64,000 nt of DNA from a virus, in the IMG/VR virus record IMGVR_UViG_3300043811_000021, positions 32,001-96,000 of that record. One strand, written 5' to 3'. The translations under genes were made by a program, and so were the position numbers. Of the stretch, positions 1 to 9,416 are shown piece after piece. A model generated the notes under the pieces. That model was not told the origin of the DNA. It searched no databases and saw only the letters and a program-made list of their open reading frames with translations. The stretch's first letter is position 1. Each line of letters starts with the position of its first letter.

Positions 1-621
1 ATTCAAATTATCTGCACAGTACGAACGAATAAACTCTACATCAACCCCATTGTATTCCAAAAAATAAAATAATCTCCCTGGACGATTCTTCATGTGAATA
101 TCTACACGCCACTTATCATTACAGGTAAGAATATACAGTTTCTTTCCGCCATATATCCCATCAAGCAATGTGAGAATCTTCTCCTGGTCGTCTTTATCAA
201 ATACCTTTTCAAACTCATCAAACAGAACAATGCACGGCTGAGTTATCATGTTAAGCAGAGTATTAAACCCATCTCCGTTAAAAGGGGAATTGACGATTAT
301 TGTAGGTATTCCTTGATTAGTCCCTTCCTTGCTAATCATCTTTGCAAGCATAGTCTTTCCCGATCCCTTATCTCCGCAAAGCAAAACTCCTGTACCCCCC
401 GGACGCAGATTAAAGGTATTCAACACACGGATCGCATCTTTACCGTGATTCCCGTACACCTTACTTGGCAGAGAAAATTCATCCATCTGGTCAAGGTAAA
501 AGTTCCCGGATGAATCTACCTTGACTACATAATTCCCTGCCGGGAGTTTGTCGTGCATATCCATCGCGCTCTCAGAACTCACGCGGAACTGCGTTCCCTG
601 CTTCAAAAAGATACTATTCAT
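1..621 (-). CDS. AAA+ ATPase, 3' end runs off the window
   Basis: Manual translation from ATG at 621: MNSIFLKQG..., Walker A GDKGSGKT, Walker B IVLFDEFEK, then LTLLDG. Absent from the ORF track because it has no stop in the window. Confidence 0.85.
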   Translation of the reverse strand, partial: MNSIFLKQGTQFRVSSESAMDMHDKLPAGNYVVKVDSSGNFYLDQMDEFSLPSKVYGNHGKDAIRVLNTFNLRPGGTGVLLCGDKGSGKTMLAKMISKEGTNQGIPTIIVNSPFNGDGFNTLLNMITQPCIVLFDEFEKVFDKDDQEKILTLLDGIYGGKKLYILTCNDKWRVDIHMKNRPGRLFYFLEYNGVDVEFIRSYCADNLN

Positions 622-939
622 CCCTCTCCCTTTCACATCCATCCGTGAATTTTGACGTAATGCCATACTATCCAAATTAGAAGACAATCAACAGCTAGTA
701 AAATTAGTAATCCAATCACTGATTGTACACCAGAAAATTCCTCGCATTCCCCTTCTTTGTCGTGGAAAATTTTCCGTGGCATCTTACTCCCCTCGCGCCT
801 TATCTAAAGCCTTTATCGCCATTGTTGCTCGCATGTCTCCAGATTGTAGGGTTTCGTAGGCTGTACCCTGTAATCTCTTGTGAAATTCTGATTGTTGTTT
901 CCTTGGTCCATGATGCTTTGATCCTGGCATTTTCTCTCC

Positions 940-1221
940 TTACCAACTGTTATAAAACCTGATAATCTTCACATCTGGAGGCAGTATAGTTATATCTACC
1001 TCGTATCCTTCGCGCCCATCTTTTTGGTACTCAGAGACACACGGATGACCAAGAATCCCAACCTCAACTCCCAAGGGATCAGGTTCCACTCCATCGAAGA
1101 AATCTGTAATACTACTCGGAATCAACACTCCCGCCACTTGGCAAGCATAGTACGCTCGTTTCATCTTCTGCCACTTCTCATCCGGTGGCCTGAACCCTAC
1201 TACATGTGTTGACATACTCAT
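940..1221 (-). CDS. hypothetical phage protein
   Basis: 93-aa ORF with AAGGAG ribosome-binding site, in the leftward gene run. Confidence 0.6.
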   Translation of the reverse strand: MSMSTHVVGFRPPDEKWQKMKRAYYACQVAGVLIPSSITDFFDGVEPDPLGVEVGILGHPCVSEYQKDGREGYEVDITILPPDVKIIRFYNSW

Positions 1222-1425
1222 GGCTTAAGCTCCTTTTTTGTCTTCCCGATGTCTGCTAAGTATGCATACTCAACTAGAGTTGCGGCGATCAAGAAACTCG
1301 CGAGGCGCAGAGCATATACCCACCATCCAAAAGTTATAGGAATATCAAATGCAACCTCAAGAACAAGGTAAGCTCCTACATACAGAAAAACGCTCTTTGT
1401 TCGATTCCTGCGCATCATTACTCCC

Positions 1426-1785
1426 TCAAAGAATATTGTTGATCTTCGCGTACAAGTCTGCCCACGCCGCCGTTTTGCATTGGTTAAGATAATTTGACAT
1501 CGGGTTAGTAGAGTGTTCTGGCCACCGAGCGCCTCGGATAACTTCACTCAAAGCAAAATCTGAGAAATACTCTACCGTTTCTTCGCCTGAGGCCGGACGC
1601 CGCCCTTGAAGCCGTAGGACTTGTGTATACACTTCCAGCTTCGCTGCCTGCTCGTAAAGACTTCCAGACCACTCAAGCGCGTGAGCCGAGTTTTCGTCTA
1701 GTTTTTCCCGAAACTCTTTGATGTACTTTTCGGCATACTTCTTCCCTAGCTCGGCTTCACATTCCAGTTCTTCTAAAGTGATCAA
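1426..1785 (-). CDS. hypothetical protein
   Basis: 119-aa ORF packed into the leftward gene run. Confidence 0.55.
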   Translation of the reverse strand: MITLEELECEAELGKKYAEKYIKEFREKLDENSAHALEWSGSLYEQAAKLEVYTQVLRLQGRRPASGEETVEYFSDFALSEVIRGARWPEHSTNPMSNYLNQCKTAAWADLYAKINNIL

Positions 1786-1794
1786 GTGTCCCCC

Positions 1795-2166
1795 TCACCC
1801 TTCAATATTTTTGAACATCTCGACTTCCTGTAAAGCCAGTTTTCTGCCGATTTTGATTCCCCAATACAAGAATTCAAACTGCGGCTTAAACGCTTCCAAG
1901 TTGGCCAAGATTGCCTCTGAAATAGAGTCAGACGTACTATCCCCTTTTAGAGAATTACGCGCCATAAATTCCCCTACACTCTTCGCGCTCATAGCTGTCA
2001 TTAGGAAACCGCACAGGATACTTGCGTTAATTTTCTTATCTCTGACAATCTCCTCCACGATCTCCCGGAAGTCGCCCCCAACCGCTAAACCAAAGTTTTT
2101 GCGGGTGAATTCCTTGCTGGTCTCCATTTCCTCAACTAGCATCGCTCTGATTTTATTTCCCACCAT
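1795..2166 (-). CDS. hypothetical protein (start moved to MVGNKIRAM)
   Basis: GGAGGAGAGG ribosome-binding site upstream of ATG 2166, downstream of the promoter at 2197-2225. Confidence 0.6.
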   Translation of the reverse strand: MVGNKIRAMLVEEMETSKEFTRKNFGLAVGGDFREIVEEIVRDKKINASILCGFLMTAMSAKSVGEFMARNSLKGDSTSDSISEAILANLEAFKPQFEFLYWGIKIGRKLALQEVEMFKNIEG

Positions 2167-2196
2167 CTTTTCCTCTCCTCCGACTTCAATGAACTC

Positions 2197-2225
2197 ACCA
2201 TAAACCAATATCCTGCGCATGTCAA
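2197..2225 (-). promoter_or_regulatory. sigma70-type leftward promoter with the GCGCAGGATATT motif in its spacer
   Basis: TTGACA-17 nt-TATGGT on the minus strand. Confidence 0.65.
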
Positions 2226-2381
2226 GAATAAAAAGTGTGGAATTTGAATTATTTTTTCTCGTTGATTCTATTATATTTACGTATATATATTCCACTTGTT
2301 ATTTTTATGATAATAACACATCTAGCGGCCAAAAGTAGGCGCAGGATAATGAAAGTAAAGGGCTTAACCAAAATTTAGGGC

Positions 2382-2410
2382 TTGACAACATTTTTTCGGT
2401 TTGGTAGGGT
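2382..2410 (+). promoter_or_regulatory. sigma70-type rightward promoter of the replication operon
   Basis: TTGACA-17 nt-TAGGGT with a TG extension. Confidence 0.6.
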
Positions 2411-2577
2411 TGATTTGTCTAGCGACGGTTAGACACCTCCAGCCGGTGAAAAGTTCCAGGGGTCGTTCCAGCAGCGGCCCCTGAGCAACTTTAGGCTGAA
2501 GGGAATTCACCGGCAAACTTTTCTCTCCGCAATCATAATTTTTGCGCTGCGAGGAAATCCTTGCCCTTTGGGGCTTA

Positions 2578-3441
2578 ATGGCTAACGCTTGGTTTCGCTT
2601 GTACTCGGAATTTGCTCACGACCCTAAAGTGCAGACCATGCCGGTCGCTATGCAGAGGCATCTCATAATGCTGTTCTGTCTGCGCTGCGAGGGTAAGCCA
2701 CTCCGAAAATATTCTGACGAAGAGATCGCCTATTTTCTCCAAATCACACCACTAGAATTGCCTCCAGTGAAGTCGATTTTAGAAAAAAAGGGATTTATAG
2801 ATAATACATGGGAAATACTAAATTGGGATAAAAGACAATATGTTTCAGATTCATCGACAGACCGTGTTCGTCAATATCGAGAGCGGATGAAACAGGATGA
2901 AACGTTACTGAAACGTGGTGAAACGGAAAATGTAACGGTCCCAGAACAGATACAGAACAGAACAGATACAGAGCAGAAACAGAAAAAGCCTGCCGCAAAG
3001 GCAAAGCCTTTGCAGTTTATTTTGCCGGATTGGATAGACAAAAATGCTTGGGCTGGATTTGAGGAAATGCGGAAGAAAAAAAGAGCGCCGATGACCGACA
3101 GAGCGAGAGCCGGAATAGTGCAGGATTTAGAAAAACTTTGTCCTGTCGGGGATAACGGCGCAGCGATTTTAGATCAAAGCACAAAGAAATGCTGGTCTGG
3201 AGTATTTCCACTTTCAAGAGTTAATGGGGGATTTAATGCCAATTTACCTACAGGAAAGACAGATTCCAATATGGCAATTCTCGAAGAGCTTATCGCTGAG
3301 GACCAACATCGAAGCCGCGCTGCTGAAAATGGCTTCATGCAGGCAGGCGAAGACGAGCAAGATGGACCTCCAACTTTACTCGTCGATTCTGGAGCCGCTA
3401 GACATGAGAGCTTTTCAGGTGGCGATGGCTATGATTTCTGA
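2578..3441 (+). CDS. phage replication initiator (replisome organiser / lambda O-like)
   Basis: N-terminal WFRLYSEFAHDPKV, NWDKRQY..SSTDRVRQYRER and C-terminal LPDWID..AWAGFEEMRKKKRAPMTDRA motifs typical of phage initiators; internal iterons. Confidence 0.8.
   Translation: MANAWFRLYSEFAHDPKVQTMPVAMQRHLIMLFCLRCEGKPLRKYSDEEIAYFLQITPLELPPVKSILEKKGFIDNTWEILNWDKRQYVSDSSTDRVRQYRERMKQDETLLKRGETENVTVPEQIQNRTDTEQKQKKPAAKAKPLQFILPDWIDKNAWAGFEEMRKKKRAPMTDRARAGIVQDLEKLCPVGDNGAAILDQSTKKCWSGVFPLSRVNGGFNANLPTGKTDSNMAILEELIAEDQHRSRAAENGFMQAGEDEQDGPPTLLVDSGAARHESFSGGDGYDF
2888..2985 (+). repeat. candidate origin iterons inside the initiator gene
   Basis: TGAAAC at 2888, 2898, 2909 and 2919 (10-11 nt spacing), then a CAGA(A/T) run at 2942-2985. 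Confidence 0.6.
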
Positions 3442-3601
3442 ATCTGAGCGCCAAGAGGGAGAAACAGCCTTCCCGTCGTTAGGAACGATCCTGGCGGCAA
3501 TGGAAGAGGCTAGAGAGCGGTTCCCTGTGTTCTCGCAGGGGGCTACAGAAGTGAATACTACTCCGGTGTTTGCGGAGAATAAGCAGAAGAGGTTGGCATG
3601 A
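3224..3601 (+). CDS. putative helicase loader/inhibitor-like protein overlapping the initiator 3' end
   Basis: Position between initiator and helicase; FPSLGTIL resembles the FPxxAEI motif of G39P-like proteins; ATGA coupling to the next gene. Confidence 0.45.
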   Translation: MGDLMPIYLQERQIPIWQFSKSLSLRTNIEAALLKMASCRQAKTSKMDLQLYSSILEPLDMRAFQVAMAMISESERQEGETAFPSLGTILAAMEEARERFPVFSQGATEVNTTPVFAENKQKRLA

Positions 3602-4218
3602 GGATAGGAACTAAAAGCGTCTTATTCGGCGCACACTGCTTTTTTCTACATCCTTGGTTCGTTGCGCTGGGATGGTGGAAGCTCTACGGATTTCCGTTTG
3701 ACCCGCGCCTATGGGTTGCGTTCTTTGTTCACGATCTGGGCTACATCGGTAAACCGAACATGGACGGACCTGAAGGCGAGAGGCATGTGGAGTTTGGAGC
3801 GAAGATTATGTCACGGATTTTCGACCCTCTTGAAAACTACTACAACATATATCTTGAAGACGGAACGCCTATCGGAAAATGGGGACAGTTTTCACTTTAC
3901 CACTCCCGTTACTATGCCAAAGCGAACGGAGTACAACCATCACGTCTATGCTTCGCAGACAAACTCTCATTCCCGCTTACACCTCGCTGGTTATATCTTC
4001 CTGCGGTCACTGCTACTGGAGAGATAAATGAATATCTAAAGAACGCCCAGAAAGCCGATAGTGGACATTGGAAACCTACAGGGTATGACAAGAAACTCTG
4101 GCATAAACAACTTTGCGAGTACATGATCAAGTGGGTCAATGAGCATAAAGATGGAGCACAGGATACATGGACTGATGCGAAACGTCATGCAAAAACTGAC
4201 AGTGGAGTGTGGCAATGA
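3598..4218 (+). CDS. phage protein with HD-like motifs
   Basis: FFVHDLGY ... YHSRY ... FADKL. Confidence 0.55.
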   Translation: MRIGTKSVLFGAHCFFLHPWFVALGWWKLYGFPFDPRLWVAFFVHDLGYIGKPNMDGPEGERHVEFGAKIMSRIFDPLENYYNIYLEDGTPIGKWGQFSLYHSRYYAKANGVQPSRLCFADKLSFPLTPRWLYLPAVTATGEINEYLKNAQKADSGHWKPTGYDKKLWHKQLCEYMIKWVNEHKDGAQDTWTDAKRHAKTDSGVWQ

Positions 4219-5678
4219 GTTTTGACGATCTTGACGATTTCTTCGCATCCGACGAAGTTCCTGAGCCGCCGCCAGAGATTGCAGCGCCCGTACAAGAGCC
4301 GCCGAAGAAGAACGGATACAAGTCTACGCCTAATGCTGTATTTGATGCTGGATTACCGTCCAATGTAGATGCAGAAAAGACGGTACTTGGAGCCGCGCTG
4401 CTTGACAATGCTTGCATTAAAGAAATTCTTCAAGAACTTGAGCCGGATGATTTTTCTCTTGATTCGAATCGCAGAATATGCCATAGAATGGCTGACCTAT
4501 ATAACTCCGGCCACGCGGTCGATATCGTCACACTCGTAGCAGAATTGGAAAAGCATAAAGAACGTGATTCTGTCGGCGGAGTGGCTTACTTAGCCAGTCT
4601 CACCGAAGGATTACCACGCCGTCCAGTCATTGATGAATACCTTCGTATTCTCGTAGATAAAAGCATACTTCGTAAGATCATGCTCATCAACTCTGCGTCT
4701 ATCGCCAGAGCCGCAGACCAAAGTGAGACTGCCTTAGAGGTATTCGGCGCACTCGAATTACAGTTACAAGTAATCAAAGATAGAACTAAGGCTCTGCTAC
4801 GCCGGAGAAATCCAGAACCTTTCTTTGTTGGATACAGAACATTCGCCAGCACTCATCCTGATGAAATTGAGTGGACAGTGGAAGGAATAATTCAGAAAGA
4901 CGGCAATGGATTAATTCTTGGCGATTCAGGAACGTCAAAATCTTTGTTGATTTTTGATCTTGCATTACACCTTGTAGGCGGTGTACAGTGGTTCCATCAT
5001 AAAGTCCCAAGCAGGGTAAAAGTAGGACTTGTAGCGAGGGAAGATTCACCTGGGTTATCTCATAGCAGACTTACGAGAATGAGAGCAGGAGCCTCTGAGT
5101 CCTTAGCGACGTTTCTTGAATATGTTGATCTTGAAGACTGGTTATACGTCCACACACGCGCACAAAGAGAAACATGGAGTTTACAAAAAGAGGCAGATAT
5201 TCAGGAGATCATCGAAGCTACAAAAGAAAGAGGAATTCAGTTTTTATTCTTCGATGTTTTCAGAACTCTATGGGAAGGGAATGAAAACGACAATCAAGAG
5301 ACTGCGAGAGTCCTTGAATCTGCAAAACGAATCGGGAGAGAGGCTAACTGCCAAGTCTGCATCGTCCATCATCTTTCCAAAAGTGATCGTGGGACAATTT
5401 TCGATAGAGCGAGAGGCGGAGGAATCAACGGATGGAAAGAATGGGGTATAGGTCTAACGGTTGAGAATCCAGATGCAAGTCCTAAAGATCAGATCAGAAA
5501 GATGGTTTTTCATACTAAAGCATCTGTATCATCTGATCCTATTCACTACCGGATCGACGGATACGACTCTAAGCTATGCTTAGAAGAAGTCGATCCTCCA
5601 ACACAGCAATACAGTTACAAAAAAGGAAAGAAAAAAGAAGAACCAGTCCAGGACCATATTTCTTGGAACAAGGACTAG
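4209..5678 (+). CDS. replicative helicase: DnaB-like N-terminal domain fused to a RepA/AAA_25-type ATPase
   Basis: LPSNVDAEKTVLGAALLD...VDIVTL...GGVAYLASL (DnaB N-terminus); GDSGTSKS Walker A, FLFFDVF Walker B, IVHHLSK. Confidence 0.85.
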   Translation: MAMSFDDLDDFFASDEVPEPPPEIAAPVQEPPKKNGYKSTPNAVFDAGLPSNVDAEKTVLGAALLDNACIKEILQELEPDDFSLDSNRRICHRMADLYNSGHAVDIVTLVAELEKHKERDSVGGVAYLASLTEGLPRRPVIDEYLRILVDKSILRKIMLINSASIARAADQSETALEVFGALELQLQVIKDRTKALLRRRNPEPFFVGYRTFASTHPDEIEWTVEGIIQKDGNGLILGDSGTSKSLLIFDLALHLVGGVQWFHHKVPSRVKVGLVAREDSPGLSHSRLTRMRAGASESLATFLEYVDLEDWLYVHTRAQRETWSLQKEADIQEIIEATKERGIQFLFFDVFRTLWEGNENDNQETARVLESAKRIGREANCQVCIVHHLSKSDRGTIFDRARGGGINGWKEWGIGLTVENPDASPKDQIRKMVFHTKASVSSDPIHYRIDGYDSKLCLEEVDPPTQQYSYKKGKKKEEPVQDHISWNKD

Positions 5679-6082
5679 GAGCATCATGGCACAATCGGCG
5701 ACATGGGCACCAGAGAAAGAAACACTAACAGAATTCAATGCGCGGCTCGATAGAGAGGATATAGAGGCCATGACAGTGAAGTGTCCTCTCGAATCATGCG
5801 GCGCTGAGGTAGGCCAACCGTGCGTTACGGATTCTGGTATAAAGAGAATTCGACATGCACGGCGTATATGGGTAGCTAGGAGGGGAAATGACAATAAGAT
5901 GTGATGATGAGATAGAATGTCCTTATTGCGGTCACATGAACGAACCTGATCCGCCGCGCATCACTGATACTGCGATGGATTGCGAAAAGTGCGAGAAGCA
6001 CTTCAGATTCTACTCGGAGGCGACAATAACTTACTACAGCAGTAAGATTGATGGGGAAGAATAATGACTACTAGGAGGCGGA

Positions 6083-6865
6083 ATGGGTAAGACATCGATT
6101 TCGTGGACATCGACTATATTACCTAACGGAGATATATCTCCAGGATTTTCATTTAATCCGTGGTGGGGATGTACTGAAATCTCTTCTGGCTGCGACAACT
6201 GCTATGCGCGTGTCTTAGATGGTCGTTGGGGCGGTGAATCGCATTGGGGAAAGGGCGTACCTCGTAAAACCATGAGCGATAGCTACTGGAGACAGCCTTT
6301 GCGGTGGGATGCAATTGCTGCGAAGGATGGTATCAAGCATAAAGTCTTCTGTGCATCAATGGCAGATATAATGGACGATGAGGCTCCAGAAGGACAGCGT
6401 GATAGGTTATGGGAACTGATTCATAACACTCCTAACCTAATCTGGCTACTTCTTACCAAGCGTCCACAGAGATATGCTAAATATCTTCCGCTATTCAACT
6501 GCCCGAAAAATATATGGTTAGGTACAAGTGCGGAAGATCAATCCAACTATAATTTGCGCTGGCCATATCTTAAGTTCGCAGCAGAGGCTAGAGAACTAAT
6601 TAGTTTTATTAGTTACGAACCAGCATTAGGCCCTTTGGAATTAAGGCAAAAGGACGGCAGACCAAACTGGGTAATATGCGGGGCAGAAAGCGGGAATAAC
6701 CGTCGCGACATGGAACAAGACTGGGCGAATAATCTACGATTTGAGTGCGAGAACGACGGAGTTTCGTTTTGGATGAAACAGATGGGCGCTAGGACTCCAG
6801 AGGAAGGTAGTAAGTTAATTCCTGCTCACTTGCTTATACGTCAATTTCCGGGAGAGACTAAATGA
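6083..6865 (+). CDS. DUF5131 (phage Gp37/Gp68) family protein
   Basis: NPWWGCTEISSGCDNCYA, VFCASMAD, LLTKRP, SYEPALG, WVICGAESG, FWMKQMG. Confidence 0.9.
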   Translation: MGKTSISWTSTILPNGDISPGFSFNPWWGCTEISSGCDNCYARVLDGRWGGESHWGKGVPRKTMSDSYWRQPLRWDAIAAKDGIKHKVFCASMADIMDDEAPEGQRDRLWELIHNTPNLIWLLLTKRPQRYAKYLPLFNCPKNIWLGTSAEDQSNYNLRWPYLKFAAEARELISFISYEPALGPLELRQKDGRPNWVICGAESGNNRRDMEQDWANNLRFECENDGVSFWMKQMGARTPEEGSKLIPAHLLIRQFPGETK

Positions 6866-7293
6866 TTCTTTCAGGCGCAGATATAAATCAGTATATCAAG
6901 TACGGAGGTCTGTCTTTTTCTCCAGAGTTACGCGAAGATCAGTTTCAACAGAATGGAATAGACCTGATCCTTAACGAAGTTGAGTTAGTGCGTAAAGGAG
7001 TAGACATTTCTTTCTATCTCGGTAGTACGAGAGAGTACGTGCAGATGCCGAATGATCTTATGGGAGACGTAGCGTTAAGATCGACTATGGCTCGTGGGAT
7101 AATGCTCATGCCGAACACAAAGGTAGACGCAGGATTTCACGGAAACATTACTCTGGAAATATGGGCATGGAACGATGTAGAATTACCTATCGGGGAGAGA
7201 TTTGTACATTTTGTTCTTCATAAGTTAGCTAGTCCATCAGAACCATATTCCGGTAAGTACCAAGGGCAGACAGGGATTACTCATGCAAAATAG
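6862..7293 (+). CDS. dcd: dCTP deaminase / dUTPase superfamily protein
   Basis: MILS..., QQNGIDL, RSTMARG, VDAGFHGNITLE, YSGKYQGQTG. Confidence 0.85.
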   Translation: MILSGADINQYIKYGGLSFSPELREDQFQQNGIDLILNEVELVRKGVDISFYLGSTREYVQMPNDLMGDVALRSTMARGIMLMPNTKVDAGFHGNITLEIWAWNDVELPIGERFVHFVLHKLASPSEPYSGKYQGQTGITHAK

Positions 7294-7302
7294 GGAGGGA
7301 AA

Positions 7303-7932
7303 ATGTTCAAAGAAGAAACAGTAGTTATGTACGACAGTCCCGAAGCGGCGACACTGGTTGAGATGAAAGGGTGGAAATCTCGATTAGGTCACTTTTATCC
7401 AGGAGACAACCCAAGCAGTGAACACGGAGCTAGGTGGTCGGGGTGTACGCATCAAACATGCGTCTGCGGGAACATTTATGAACATGGAAGAGTGAGGTGT
7501 AATTCCTGTCAAGCAAAGATCGACTGCGAAAAATACTACGCTCTTCCTATTGCGAACTGGGATGGAATCACTCCTACTTGCGACGATGAGCGAGATAAAT
7601 ATTTCTGGACAAAAGAAGAGTTGATGGATGAGATGTATTGGCAACTCGAAGAAGCCAAGAAGCGCGGTGAAGAGCCAGAGATGCATGTTGTTATCGCCGA
7701 ACCTCATTACCTTCATCAACTCGATGGCTCCGAATGGTCTGATGATCTTCCTGATGAGGGAGACGGAGAACTGCCCGACGAAGTGGGAGCCGCAATAGAC
7801 GCTCTGAACGCCGTACTGAAAGAGCAAGGACCATCCTGCTGGTATCCAGGTAAAGAGCGTATTGACATGGATAAACTATGGAAGGAATTAAAGGAAGGAT
7901 TATCTAAGGAGTCAGATAACAATGCCAATTAA
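7303..7932 (+). CDS. hypothetical phage protein with CxC..CxxC
   Basis: 209-aa ORF with GGGAGG ribosome-binding site. Confidence 0.6.
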   Translation: MFKEETVVMYDSPEAATLVEMKGWKSRLGHFYPGDNPSSEHGARWSGCTHQTCVCGNIYEHGRVRCNSCQAKIDCEKYYALPIANWDGITPTCDDERDKYFWTKEELMDEMYWQLEEAKKRGEEPEMHVVIAEPHYLHQLDGSEWSDDLPDEGDGELPDEVGAAIDALNAVLKEQGPSCWYPGKERIDMDKLWKELKEGLSKESDNNAN

Positions 7933-8097
7933 ACGCAGAAAGAAGACTGGAGGACGAAAGGTAAATCCAATCCTTCAGGCGTACACTGAGAAATACAAAT
8001 TGACTCCTAAACAAAGAGAGTTAACTGCAAAGTGCCTTGTTCAGTTGGCTCTTTGCCAAAGCGAAGAAGCGAGAAGACTAATACTGGGGGTGGCGGC

Positions 8098-8595
8098 ATG
8101 AGTGCAATAGCAGTTAACGATCAAGGTGTTATGAAGAGGCCGAGAGCCAACGATGAATGTGTCCTTCGCAGAGCAGCAGAATTAGCCCTACCAGAAGTAA
8201 AAGTATGGCTTGGTAATGATGGCTCTCCTGATTCTGAAGTTATTGAAGATTTGATGGAAACATTAGGAGAGATAGACGGATTTGCAATCGCTGATAGATT
8301 GCAGCATAGAAAACATTGGGATTGTGACTCTAGACTCGTTGACATATTAAACGGTAATTTTGTCAGTGATGCGCAAGATGAACTTGAGAAACAATGGGTT
8401 AAATGTTTAGGGATCACATTAGATATTCCTGTCGGCGCTCAGGTAAAAATCAAGCGTCTTCCGAGAGGGCTAACCGATGTTACGGGAGAAGTGGTAAAGC
8501 ACTATCCTGAATCTGCTAAGTACGGAGTTCGGACTCCAGAGCAGCCGAAAACTTCAAACTGGATTCTTCTGCCAGAAGATATTGAGTCTATATGA
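8098..8595 (+). CDS. hypothetical protein
   Basis: ATG 8098 within track ORF 8032..8595; coupled to the next gene. Confidence 0.55.
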   Translation: MSAIAVNDQGVMKRPRANDECVLRRAAELALPEVKVWLGNDGSPDSEVIEDLMETLGEIDGFAIADRLQHRKHWDCDSRLVDILNGNFVSDAQDELEKQWVKCLGITLDIPVGAQVKIKRLPRGLTDVTGEVVKHYPESAKYGVRTPEQPKTSNWILLPEDIESI

Positions 8596-9014
8596 CAACA
8601 ACATATCACCTTTGTATCAGTCTGACGGGCGCTCTTAGAAGCTGGAGAGACAGCGATTATATTGGTTGCTGCACGGATGCTGACGGCAGGACAATGGAGC
8701 CTTGGGAAGTGAAGGCATATTTTCTTGCTTGTGTGTCTGAGGGTAAAAAAGTAATTCCGATGGACTCCAGTTGCGATAACTTTGACTTTCAGGAAGGATG
8801 CTTGGGACATGAGGAGGTAGTAAATGAGTAGGCGTATTGGAAATGTTACGGTTATAGAAGTTGAAGAAGATCGTCGCTGTGAATTATGTGGAGCAATAGA
8901 AGAATGTCGCCCGTATGGTCCAAAAGGTGAGCAAGTATGTTTCCAGTGTGGAATGAAGAATGAGAAAGCCGCTGAACGTCAATGCAATAAGCACCTTTTT
9001 GGAGAAGGTAATGC

Positions 9015-9416
9015 ATGATTAAACGTACTCCCATAAAACGCAAAACTCCCCTGCGCTCCAAGAAGCCTGAGCCGCGCACAGAAAGGATTCCTTTGACTAT
9101 ACTGAGACCCGGTGAAGTGAAGAAAGAAGTAGAAGTCGAACACATATTCCGCGACGGTAGAACAAAGATAAATCAGAACTGTAAAGAGGGTCGTGATCTT
9201 TACCAATCTCGCAAGAGAATAGCATGGGAGGCGCAAGGGAAACTATGTGCTATCTGCCATAAGACTCTAGCATTTAGTGATTCACAGGTGGACCATAAGG
9301 AACCCCGAGGCATGGGCGCAGGAAAGATCGATGATCGCCAAGAGAATATTCAGGCTGTACACCCCATTTGCAATAGTCGTAAGGGGTCTATAAGAGACTT
9401 TGAGGATGTAGACTAA
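9015..9416 (+). CDS. HNH endonuclease
   Basis: CAIC...VDHKEPRG...ENIQAVHPICNSRKG. Confidence 0.85.
   Translation: MIKRTPIKRKTPLRSKKPEPRTERIPLTILRPGEVKKEVEVEHIFRDGRTKINQNCKEGRDLYQSRKRIAWEAQGKLCAICHKTLAFSDSQVDHKEPRGMGAGKIDDRQENIQAVHPICNSRKGSIRDFEDVD

Noticed and set aside
94-513. Plus-strand 139-aa ORF
   Set aside because: Antisense shadow of the AAA ATPase on the minus strand.
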